Origin: Camelus dromedarius
Taxonomy: Eukaryota
Length of the DNA: 64,000 nucleotides
Assembly: GCF_036321535.1 (NCBI RefSeq)
Contig: NC_087472.1
Location: 93,498,001 to 93,562,000, forward strand
Reading direction: 5' to 3'
Made by a program: the position numbers and the translations under genes. Below, in pieces: positions 49,835 through 60,270 of the stretch (positions are counted from its first letter, which is position 1; the number at the start of each line of letters is the position of its first letter). The notes under the pieces were generated by a model that saw nothing but the letters and a program-made list of their open reading frames with translations, searched no databases and was not told the DNA's origin.

Positions 49835-50791
49835 TCAGACTTTATTGGGGCATGAGGAATTTGTGGCCATGGCCCTGGAGCGTGCACTGGCCATGGCAGC
49901 AGTACGAGCCTTGGCTGTAGCTCTGGCTCGGGCTCTCTCCACCTCATCTTTCACAGCCTCTTCATACCAGGATGCAAAGGCTGTGGGGACTGTATCATGG
50001 ATCTTGGCCATAAATTCCAGCACTTTCATCTTGCTGGTTTCAGCGTGGGCTCTTGGACCCCACAGGAACTCATAGCGGGGAGGATCACTATTGGGCACCT
50101 GGCGACACTCCAGGTAATTTGCCTCCACTAAATCTTTGGTGATGAGCTTCCTCGGCTCCCCAAAAATGAAGTGCTTCCTCCCAGCATATAACCCCATCAC
50201 ATTCAACATTTGCCAGACTTGCTCCTCAGTGGCACAATTGCCATTCATGAATATCACACCCAGAATAGCCATCACCAGGCCGGTTTTGGGAACCTCTCTC
50301 ACATCATCCAGAATTGCATCGTAGCTTATTTCAAGTTTGTTAACAAGGACATAGATGTGCCGGTAGGGATCCACTTCCTTCAGGTCAAGGCCAAAGACCA
50401 TCTCCATGTGCGCAGAAGCTCTCTTGAGGATCTCATGGAAGTGATTCCTGTACACCTGGATTACATTTCTCAGCATATCTGCCTTGGTAATGGGCTCTTT
50501 CATTTGATACTTGTACAACAGGTAGTACACCGATAAAACCACCGTCTCATCTAGAGGGTCTCTGTAGGTGGGCTCAGTGTGTGAAACAGCTGTGGCTCTC
50601 TGAAGAACCTGTGGATTACAACATGACCCAGCAATAAGTGAGCTTTCGGAAATACCTTTGAAAAGAGGAGAGGAAGCAGAGCGGAACTCTTCTCCCACTC
50701 CCACAGTGGCCTGGGTACCTACCAGATCATCTTCTTGGGCCTGGCGGCGATTCTCACGGGCACGGAGCTTACTCTTCCGACCCCGAGGCAT
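49835..50791 (-). CDS. MAGEB10: Melanoma-associated antigen B10-like protein, intact, 318 aa, single coding exon
   Basis: Begins [13 protein letters not shown] (typical MAGE-B N-terminus) at ATG 50791 in context ctcatcATG. Full MAGE homology domain ([21 protein letters not shown]...PKTGL...[21 protein letters not shown]) and Ala-rich C-terminus, TGA stop. The 27 extra N-terminal residues in the ORF track run across the splice acceptor and are not real. MAGEB10 is the closest human paralogue I recognise; orthology not tested. Confidence 0.9.
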   Translation of the reverse strand: MPRGRKSKLRARENRRQAQEDDLVGTQATVGVGEEFRSASSPLFKGISESSLIAGSCCNPQVLQRATAVSHTEPTYRDPLDETVVLSVYYLLYKYQMKEPITKADMLRNVIQVYRNHFHEILKRASAHMEMVFGLDLKEVDPYRHIYVLVNKLEISYDAILDDVREVPKTGLVMAILGVIFMNGNCATEEQVWQMLNVMGLYAGRKHFIFGEPRKLITKDLVEANYLECRQVPNSDPPRYEFLWGPRAHAETSKMKVLEFMAKIHDTVPTAFASWYEEAVKDEVERARARATAKARTAAMASARSRAMATNSSCPNKV

Positions 50792-50840
50792 GATGAGTTT
50801 CAACAAGTGCAGCAGGCAAGGGGGCAGGTGACTCAGTGAC

Positions 50841-50860
50841 CTAAAGGAAAGAGGATGAGA
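50841..50860 (-). promoter_or_regulatory. Splice acceptor of the coding exon, unit 2 gene
   Basis: Minus strand ctcatcctctttcctttAG|gtcactg, 49 nt upstream of the ATG. Same layout in all three paralogues. Confidence 0.75.
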
Positions 50861-51039
50861 TTGTTGGACCACTTCAACAGGGAGATACAGCCTTGGCCTT
50901 ATTGAAGGCCGCTTCTGCAGGTTTCCTTGAGGGCACTGTTCTAGGAACCCACAAAGCTCCTACTGTCTGATTTGCCTCTGCTCTGAGGACTCTGTGGAAA
51001 TAACTAGGGTGTGCCTTAGCTCCAACCTACCAGATCTGC

Positions 51040-53600
51040 CTGAGGCTCAGTGGGGCTTAGAGCAATGGCTCTGTTCTGAGTTAGGGAGTATTTCAGTTCA
51101 CCTAAGGGTCATCACTTCACTTTTGGCAGGATCTGCGGTTCCTGTGCTCTAATGGTCTGATGTTATCCCCTCATTTCAAAGACCTTATCACTGAGACCTC
51201 AGAGGTGGGAATGAGCAGAACTTCATTGTACCACACTTGCCCAGAATACACAGGGAATAAAGCACAAACAGAAGCTCTGTGGGAACCTTTCTATCCTGGG
51301 GTAATTAGGGGTCAGTTCTCACTCAGTGCCCTCACTTGCACTTCTGGTAATGCCTGGGACTCCCCCCTTTGCTGACAGAAGATCTATGCCCTCAGATCAA
51401 GGCCCTCAAATCCCTGAGAGTCCTGAGGAGGAGGTTAAGGAGGCCTCAGTCTAACTTCTCTGCCTCAGGCACCCTAGGGGCTAATGGCATGGATAGGATT
51501 CTCTGTGACCCCCAGGGTTCTAAGGCAGGTGGTCCCCTCAGTCCTCACACTGACTGCTGGAAATGCCTGGGTTCCCTCTTAATGCTAGTGAGGCAGCCCT
51601 CTCAGACCAACCTCCATCTTGCTAAGATGGCCCAAGGACAATGCGAGGGGGTGCCTCAGGCTCCCACCCTGACCCAAGGCCTCCAGGGGCTGACAGCAGT
51701 GGCGGGGCTTGGCGAGGTCCCCTTGGTTGGGGGTGGGTGTTTCCCTGAGACCTCATTCAGTACCCTTGCCGTTAACACGTGGCCGGGCCTGCTCGCGCCA
51801 CCTTTTCCTGGCCTGACGCCATCTTCCTCCCATTCTCGAGTGTTCACTTCCCCTGAGACACCAGAGACAGAAGCCAGGGCACTGTAATACTTCAGTTCAG
51901 CCCAACGTGCTACGGGCTGGGCTCTGAGGCCGCCTAAGTTCGGGGCGAGGGTTCCCTCAGGCCCCACATAGGGTCGCCGCTTTTACCCCTCCCCCACCCC
52001 TTCCAATCGCTTTAAACGGCGCCCCCCCCCCCCCATTAAGGCCTGGGACCCGTCCTTCTGCTGCTCTAAAGCCGACACGCTGTTCTGATGCCCTCATCCT
52101 CTTCCGTCCCCTCAGGGGAAATTTCAAAGATGCTGGGAGGTCGCTCTGTCAGATGGTTCCGGTCCAGGTTCTACCAGGGCTGAGAGCAGGGTGAGACTCT
52201 GGGAACCCTTTTAATCTGGAGCGGCCAGTCCCCCCACACCTAACTCGGCGTCTTTACCGTAATGCAGGCGGAGTCCGGGGCTTCTGCCTGGACCGATGGG
52301 ATGGCTCCCCTCCGACACGAGGCGGAAGTCAGACTGCGTCATAGCCTCAAACCACCACATGGGGGTGCCGTGCGGATAGAAGGGGCGGAGCTCTGAGGCC
52401 CCCTGCGTTCCAATGCCGGTGGTTCCCTCACACTTTCTCGAGTCCTCGCCTTTAGTCCCGTTATGCCTAGCTACTGTCCCTCTGCTGGTTCAAAGCTGAC
52501 ACCCGGATTCCACCGCCCTCACCCGCTTCAGTCCCCTCCGACGGTTCTCGGAGGTTGCTACATGAGATGATCCCTGTTTGGGTTCTTTGGGGGCTGATAG
52601 CAGGAGCAGGACTCTGGGAGCCTCTCTCTTCTGGGATGGGCGGTACCTTCATACCTAACTCCAGATCTTTAGTGTAATTGCAGGCAGAGCCCAGAGCGCC
52701 TCCCTCAGTATACAGACCAATGCCTTTGCTTCCGTGAAACCCCAAGGCAGATATTAGGGTGTACCACTTTCGGTCAGCTTTGCCTGGGATCTTCCAGGGC
52801 TGATACAGGGGCAGGGTTCTCTGGGGTCTACTCTGTTCTGGGGTTGGGGGATTCACCCGGAATTCACTTAGGGTTTGCCCTCACCCCTCCGGGCTGATCC
52901 TGGGTATCCTCCCTCTGGTTAACTAGCCTTAAACAAAGGCCCTCCCCACATCGCTTTCCAGATTCCAAAGTTGTGAAAGGAAGGGGCTTCTGAGGCTCAC
53001 AGCCGTAGCGGGGCCTCCCAGAGCTGACAGCAGGAGCAGGCCACTGTGCTGCCCGTATGTTCTCGGGCTCCCTCAGAAGTCAGAGTTCTCATCTTTACTT
53101 CTGTTAGTATCAGGGACCCCACTCTCCATTGCCCACAGCTGACACCCAAGTCCAATGCCCCCAGTTTCCTGAGTCCCCAGAGGAGAAATTCAGAAGGCAC
53201 TACAAGAAATCCCTGCACGGACCTTGCCGGGACTGAAAGCAGGTGTGAGGTTTTGGGATCCACTCTCTTTTGGGGTATAGGTCCCCTGAAACTCAGTCAG
53301 GGACCTTACCTAAACTCCTAGGAGAGAGCGGAACTCTTCCCTCCCCTGACCTGATACTGCCCCCCACCTCAGATCAAAGTGTTAACATCCCATTGACACC
53401 AGAGACAGAATTCAGAGGAAACCATTTTTATTTTAGCCACTCCTTTCTGGAGATTTCCAAGACTAACAGCAGGGATGGGGCTCTATGTGGTGGCACCTTC
53501 TGTTCTGGAATAGCTGGTCCCTTTGACCTCATTCTAAGTCTCACCTTTACTTCTCTTAGGACTTGGGATTCCTCTGTCAACTGGCCTGAGTCAGGCCAGT
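51040..53600 (-). repeat. Degenerate tandem array of about 12 MAGE 5' cassettes (about 190-280 bp each), unit 2
   Basis: Recurring + strand module cagggctgacagcagg...ctctgtggg...ctgttctggggtggg...ctcactcagggtcctcaccttgactcctggcagg...cctccctctgctga...ccctgaga...ggaagt. Core near 51097, 51318, 51543, 51752, 51962, 52239, 52430, 52653, 52862, 53078, 53291, 53528. Confidence 0.75.
51700..52560. promoter_or_regulatory. CpG-rich island, probable germline promoter of the unit 2 MAGEB gene
   Basis: The only clearly CpG-dense stretch in the window. Contains ETS-type GGCGGAAGT (52321-52329), CRE/AP1-like TGCGTCA (52335-52341), GC box GGGGCGGAG (52382-52390) and a minus-strand donor ACG|GTAAAG at 52258/52257. 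Confidence 0.7.
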
Positions 53601-55394
53601 GCACTGTCCTCACTTTGATTTTGCTGTATTTACTACAGATCAGGTGATGACTTCAGGAATGGCTAGTACAAAATCTATTTTTTTTTTAATTTTAATTCAA
53701 TCAAATTGGAGTTATTACAGTAAAAAAGATGTAGCTTTGGATTCCACATATATCTGTCACCTCCAGCCAATTTAACAAGAAACTACACCAACTACAATGG
53801 TTCTCTATTCACCCTGTAAAGGTTTGCATTGTGGGCCAACCCCCTACTCCAGTCAGTGTCTAGCAGCAACACAGACCACCAAACACAGCCAAAGTACTTC
53901 TGCCCTATGGTGTGCAAAGAAATCAGGAACTATGGGAGGCAGTCTGAGCTGGGGGTAACACTTGAATTGTTTTTCAAGGCAGGTCTACCTCAGACCTTTA
54001 TTTCCGGAGTCACGGAGGTAATTGCCTTAGAGAACTCCCCCTCCAGTTTCCCCCTCCTTGCAGCTGCATACCCCCTTCCTCTACTCATTGGTAATACTTA
54101 CCCTATTTTAACCAACCAGATCACCAGCTGGGGAGAAACAGCATTCTCCCTCAGGCATCAAGACAACTCTCAGCCCTGGTACACTGGCAAGGATGTAGAG
54201 AACCACCAGAGTAGTAAAGAGATGTGCTTTCCCCGATTCCATCAGTAACATCATTTGGAGGGTGACACAGGGGAGCTGCCTATATTCTGCCTGACAGTGG
54301 GTAAGGGCATTGTAAGGGAGGGTGGGCTATCAGGCATGCCTCTGGTCTTTTCATCCAGTAGATCGTCCCACTGAGATCACCCTATAACTTCAGGGTAGTA
54401 ATGACAATCCCAATATTCCCTAGCCCATCTTTATAAGTTCTTCATTACCCTCCACCAGATTTTCCACCTTCTCTCCTTCTGGTACCTTTTCTACCTTTTG
54501 CTGAAGTCTGTATACAGGTCCCTGACTTCCAGCTGTCTAGGGCTCTCTGGACTTGTTTCAATATGTGATCTTTCTCATGGATTCTGGAAAGTCCTCCCCG
54601 CCTCCCCTCCCCCCAACATCTTCTTGATGTCCCTCACTTAGTGATATTTTCCTGGATAGGAATATTTTATAGTGATATTTTCCTGGCATCTCGTCATTCT
54701 GACAAATCCTTGCTTCTCAGGGTAAAGGGAAAAATTTAATTAACTTATCAAAATTCTTAAAGCATGTGCTCAGAGGAATCCTGGTAATAAGACATAACTG
54801 CAGAAATCCTGTTTCATATGAGTGAGGAATTATGTTAATTTTCTGCCCTACTTAATTACAAAACAGGGAGATATGAATTAAAATAAAATTGATACACCAT
54901 AATTGCACCAAAAATGTTGCCCAAATTTTAAAATTGATAAAATTAAATGCCTGAGAGAGTGTAGGGTATTCACATAAACTAATCTGTGAGAATATGAATT
55001 GGTGCAGCATTATTGAAGTACAATTTCAGAAATACTAAAAAATTCACAATCATAGAACTCTTTGCACTCTTAACGCAATTTGCACATTTGTATCTCTTTC
55101 CTATAAAAAATAATCAACATTTGCCCAAGAACCATGTTCAGTGTTGATTTCAGTTCTATTAATCATAGCAACAAACAGGAAAAAAACTTGTGTGTCCATC
55201 AGGAAGAGAATGATTAAATTAATTATGGCACATACACCCTTTAGAATTCTAGGGAGTCGTTAAAAGAGTGAGGTGGATCTATATGTGCTCTCATGGAAAG
55301 ATCCTGCATTCATTTTGTTCAGTGAGAAGGACAAGAGGCAGAACATTAGGTACATCATTACGCATGTGTTGTTAAAACTCAGTATATTTTTCTA

Positions 55395-56003
55395 TTTTTT
55401 TTTCTTCTGCCCTTACAGTTTTTACAAATTTTCTGTCTCAATTTATTCATCTGAAAAATGGGGATAATGACTGTCCTTACTTAGTAGGACGACAGAAAAT
55501 GATTAGAAAAGATAGGCCAGAGAAAAGGCTCTTATATCTAGTAAGCACCCAATAAATGTTACATAAATTTACTTCAATGATTATATTCGAGGAAGATGTT
55601 CATGTTCAAGGTATGGGTCTAATGCCTACTATTCCCCCACTAAGAACCCTGTGGTTCACATGAGAGGAGCTTTGTTTCTGCCCAATTGAATATTCCTTCT
55701 CTGCCTTTGGAGCCCCATACCTTGCTCTTTCAAACACACCTGAGTCCATGTCTGTTGAACGCCTGTTATGTAATATGTTGGAAGTGAGATGGAGAGGAGT
55801 AGAGACTTGCAAAGATGACCCCTCAAGAACTTCAGATCTGGCAAGAGTGATAAAACCTATTATTCACAAGAGAGGTGCAGATGGAAGTAATACAGCTAGA
55901 TATTTATGATAAGCTAGAGTGAAAATGGGGTTCCTACCCTGCTGTGATCCCTCATAGTTTGTCTCCGTGCTCACTAGAGAGAATTTAAAAAGGAGTCACC
56001 AAT
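55395..56003 (-). mobile_element. Retrotransposed non-L1 genomic or transcript fragment, unit 3 only
   Basis: T9 at 55395-55403, TSD agt(a/g)tatttttcta (55381-55394, 56004-56017); absent at the homologous site in units 1 and 2. Confidence 0.7.
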
Positions 56004-56141
56004 AGTGTATTTTTCTAGCACAAAAATGTAAGGAAAAAATCTAGAATAAACTTAAAAATTATACACACAAGGATTTTATTTGTAGTTACTTCTAGTTGGG
56101 CCTAAATTTTACAGCACTGTGCTAAGAAGGCAGAATTGTGA

Positions 56142-57611
56142 TTTATCCATGTTTTTAGAAATTTTTAGCATCAAGAATATATGCAGTATTTCTTTTATAA
56201 TTGGCATGTTTAAGTAAGACTGACAACAGAAATGGTAGCCATGTGTTATTCAGATAAAATACCTGCCAGCGGATGTGATGGAAGAAGGCTGAAACCTGAA
56301 TGACTTACCACTACAAAAGTTTCTCTCGCCTACACAGAAAGCTTGCCATGGGCAGGTGGGGGTCTCTGCTGTCAGGTGATCCAGGGGTCCAGGCTGCTTC
56401 CACCATGTGGATCCACAGCTCAACACAGGCTCTGCATGTTTGCAGCTGAATTGAACAGAAAGCATGGAGGTAGCACACTGACTGTCAAGTGCCATGGTCT
56501 GGAAATGACAAACATCGTTTCTGTTCATATTTCAGTGGCAAGGGTGGTCACAAAACCCTTTCTAATACAAGTGGACTGACTGCACAATACAGGGTCCCCA
56601 CGTGCCCAGGGAGCAGAGCAAGGCACACGTGTTTGAGCACTTGCAGTCTCTCCACAAACAGCTACAGAGTAGGAGGTCGTCGACAAAGTGCGACACTCAT
56701 AATTTGTATACAGAAGCCCTCTTCATTCTTGAAGAAGTTTCTGAGAAAGCCAAAATTGTCTTGCAACACTCCACCTTTTTGTGGTGCCCACTATGTGACA
56801 AGTGTTTTCAGACACAGGCTCACACCAGTTTTCTACAGGACACTGTAAACCTCAGCAGGAAAGGGTCACCTTTTGTCACTAAATAACACCTTTCTGCACT
56901 TACCTTTACAGTAGTCTCAGTACACTGAGAATTTCTTTCTTCTTTTTGCTGCATGGTCTAAATCACAACTTGTGAATCTCGGTTACCCATCATTTGATGA
57001 GTATACCCGAACACTTGTACAGGTGTCTTTAGGCACACTGGAAAACCACTGGGGCAGATACAGACAACAATCAGGAAAATGATGGTGACTTTTTTTCCTT
57101 ATCAAAGCTGATGTGGTCCTCCAGGGAGACATTTTCTGTGTCACCGGTAGACTGAATAATTGCTCCATGAAGACGCCCATACCTTATCCCTGAAACCTGT
57201 GAATTAGTTATGTTACACGGCCAAAGGTACTTTGCAAATGTAGTTAGGTTATGAAGCCGACTTTAAAATAAAGATATTCTATTGGATGACCTGGGTGGGC
57301 CCAATCTAATGACATGACCCTGTACAAGCAGAGAACTTTCTCTGGCTGGATGTAGAAGAGAGATGCAGCAGACAGGGAGGTTGGAAAGTGCCAAGTGTGA
57401 GGAGACTTCAACGTTCAGTTGCTGACTCAAAGTATATGGGCCTGCGTTTGAGGACTGGGGAAACTATGGCAGCTCCAGCTGACTGTCAGCAAGGAAATAG
57501 GGCCTCAGCCTTATTACCACAAAGAACTGGATTCTGCCCAAAACTGGAATGATTTTGGAAGGAAATCCTTCCCAGACTTATAAGAGACCTGCCAGCTGAA
57601 AGCTTGACTTG
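56142..57611. repeat. 1470-bp direct repeat, copy B
   Basis: Matches 45506-46975. Confidence 0.95.
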
Positions 57612-58149
57612 AGCCTGTGGAAATCCAAGCACAGAATCTAGCCGAGCCACTCAGCCTTCACACCTACAGAAATGTAGATAACAGTACCTACTGAGATAAT
57701 AAATATGTGCAGTTCTAAACCAGTAAAGTTGTAGTAATTTTTTACAGCAGCCATAGGAAACTACTGTAACTTCCTGGAAAGACTACAGGATCTGTTAGAA
57801 TCCAGCCTCTACAGACAGTTGCTACATAGTGATTTCCTCAGTCCTTCCTCACCTGCCTCTTGTTGGAGTAGGGGGACGATTTGGTTCTGGATCATTTAGT
57901 TAAGCTCACTCCTCAGTGTATGGATTCAGTATTCAGTCTCAAATAGTCCATTGGATTAAATTCTTTTTTCTACCTAACTTCATCTGCTTCCTAAAGCCTC
58001 CTCTCTAACTTCATGATTATATCTCTGCTTCAGGATATTATAATAAATGAATTTTGTGTCAAATCAGACTCTACCTAACAGCAGATTAAGAAAAAACTTA
58101 AAGATATGTTAGGAGCATCCATGGGGGGTAAGGAGGTGTGTAAACTTCA

Positions 58150-58659
58150 CTGTTTGAAGTGAACAATTACATGGAAAGGGCAGCCGCTATCAGAGAGTCC
58201 ACAGTGAGAAACGGGATCCGTAGGGAGGTGGGATGCTCTAAGTCAGGGGAAACCAGGGGATGTGGGCCATCTGTTCCTCTGGGAGCAGAGGGCAGCTTCC
58301 TGAGGAAGTTGCACAGAAGAGCTGACCAGCGGGTCAGCTTCCAGTTTGGACATGCGGGCACACTGGGGAAAACCCAGGGGAAGGGCACTGTCATGTGGGA
58401 AAATGCTTGGACTGATCACTCAGGCTGGGACCAGGGCAGTCAGCTCTCAAGGAACCCTGGGGTGAAGAGCGGGAGGATCCTGGGTAAATGAAGCCCCCAG
58501 ACAGTCCCCAAATTGTGTTTGGTTCTCATTTTCACCCTCCTTCTTTAGGCCTCCTTTTAGTATTTTGGCCACAGAGTCCTTCTTTTCATTGTGGAGCAGT
58601 GAAAAGACAAATGAATTAATGGACACAAGGTCTGTCTCAGGCTGGGAGAAGTGGAACAG
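58150..58659. repeat. 510-bp near-identical repeat, copy B
   Basis: Matches 30005-30514. Confidence 0.92.
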
Positions 58660-60270
58660 CGGGCTCTGAAAGAATTCAGATCAGGGCTTTATTCTCAGGT
58701 CTGTCTCTTATGAGCTACATGAACCCATGAAAATTGCAAAGCAATGTGTGTATCAAATTCTTCATCTATGAAGTTGTTTTGATCAAGTTGTTTTATTCCC
58801 AGACTCATGTATACCTTGTGATGTCAGACAGTTGGAATGTGATTCATGTAAGGTACCTGATTCAGTGACTGGCATATATTAGATCTTTGATACTTCTCAG
58901 GTATTACTATTATAATTTTGACTTCAAGCAGTACCAGCCTCCCATCTTGGAATTTTAAAATTTATTTTTATCCTGGAGTTGTCAAAGAACATACAACCCT
59001 CTAGGATATAACACACCAAATCGTTCAAAATGCTTCTTACCAAGTAAAAGTAAGTTACTTGCTAGGGATCGTTTTGAAGATATTTTATTGAGTTGGAAAA
59101 ATCTTCCCCAGTTGGATGCATATAAGGCTCTTAGAAAATGTGTCAAGGACTACTTGTTTCACTCCCATCAAAATATTTATCCCTCACTTTGAGTTTGCCA
59201 ATTTAAACTCAAGATAATCTAATTGAAACACCCTATTAACAGAGTAAGCTCTGTGTTTGCCTGCCCAAGGCAAAGAGTGCCAGCAAAATGACTTCTGAGC
59301 ATCACAAGTTAAGGCAGTACCACCCTTATTTCACAGAAAATCCCTGGAGACAATGTATATAAAATACCTAGTTTGTGGACTGTGTTAACCTGCACTGGGA
59401 CAGAAGCACAGGACACCTTCCATTCCTGCCTCAGGTTGAGATTTCTCTCTGGTTTAATTTATGATCTTAATGTAACTTCTAGAAGTAGTTTTCCACTCCA
59501 AGCTTTAGTCTTTTAACTCTGGACACACCTCCTGAGGGTCTGGCCCCTGCCCACCACTCCCATAGCCTCATCTGATCTACCTCCCAGGTTACCACAGCGC
59601 TGACTCACACTGAAGGACTTGCAGTTTCCCAGACCTGCTTGTCTCAGGGCACTTACACTTGACTGCTTACTTCTGGATCCTTCAATGTCCTCTCCTCCTT
59701 TTTGACCTGTCCTTACGTCTTAGGGTGCATCGCACTGCCTTCTTTACTTGATAGATGTTCCTAGACTCTGAAATGCAACGGGCAGGATGGATCTTGTTTA
59801 TCCTAACATTCCCAGTAGTAGCACAGAGCCTCCCAAAGAGCAGACGCTCATGGAATGTTTGAGAAATGGATGAGACAGTGTGCAAGACGTCTAATTTACT
59901 GTGACATAGTTAATACTGCATTCTTGAGTAATCTACAAATATCTAGCTGTATATAATTTAATTTTAAGCAAAGGACTAAATATGAATAGAGAAAACAATA
60001 TTTAGCCATCTTTACTTTTTCTCCTCTATTTCTTGGTCTCAAGTATTTCACTGCTAAATTCTTTTACATTTCCAAGGAAATGCCTAATCCATTGACATGT
60101 TACTGTGTTCCAAATAACTAAATAAGGTGCAGTTTCCCAATTTGATCTACAAAATAATAATCTATTACTCATATCTCATACATGGCACAAAAATGAGCAA
60201 CGACATTCACAAACTTGGACTTTGAAGCTAAGAAACTTTCCACTAAAAAGAAAAGCAATTTTGAACTTAT

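Larger units (their letters stand above)
44221..54177. repeat. MAGE-B duplication unit 2 (about 10 kb)
   Basis: ggtacagtggcaaggatg...gtgacacaggggagct...ctgcctgacagtgggta at 44221-44320 recurs at 54178-54303, defining a period of about 10.0-10.6 kb. Confidence 0.85.

Noticed and set aside
50792..50872. 27-aa N-terminal extension in the 345-aa ORF call
   Set aside because: Starts at a non-ATG codon upstream of the splice acceptor at 50841, so it is intronic or 5' UTR.
51369..53647. Several 90-170-aa ORFs in the GC-rich upstream region
   Set aside because: Expected by chance in GC-rich cassette repeats and not conserved between units.
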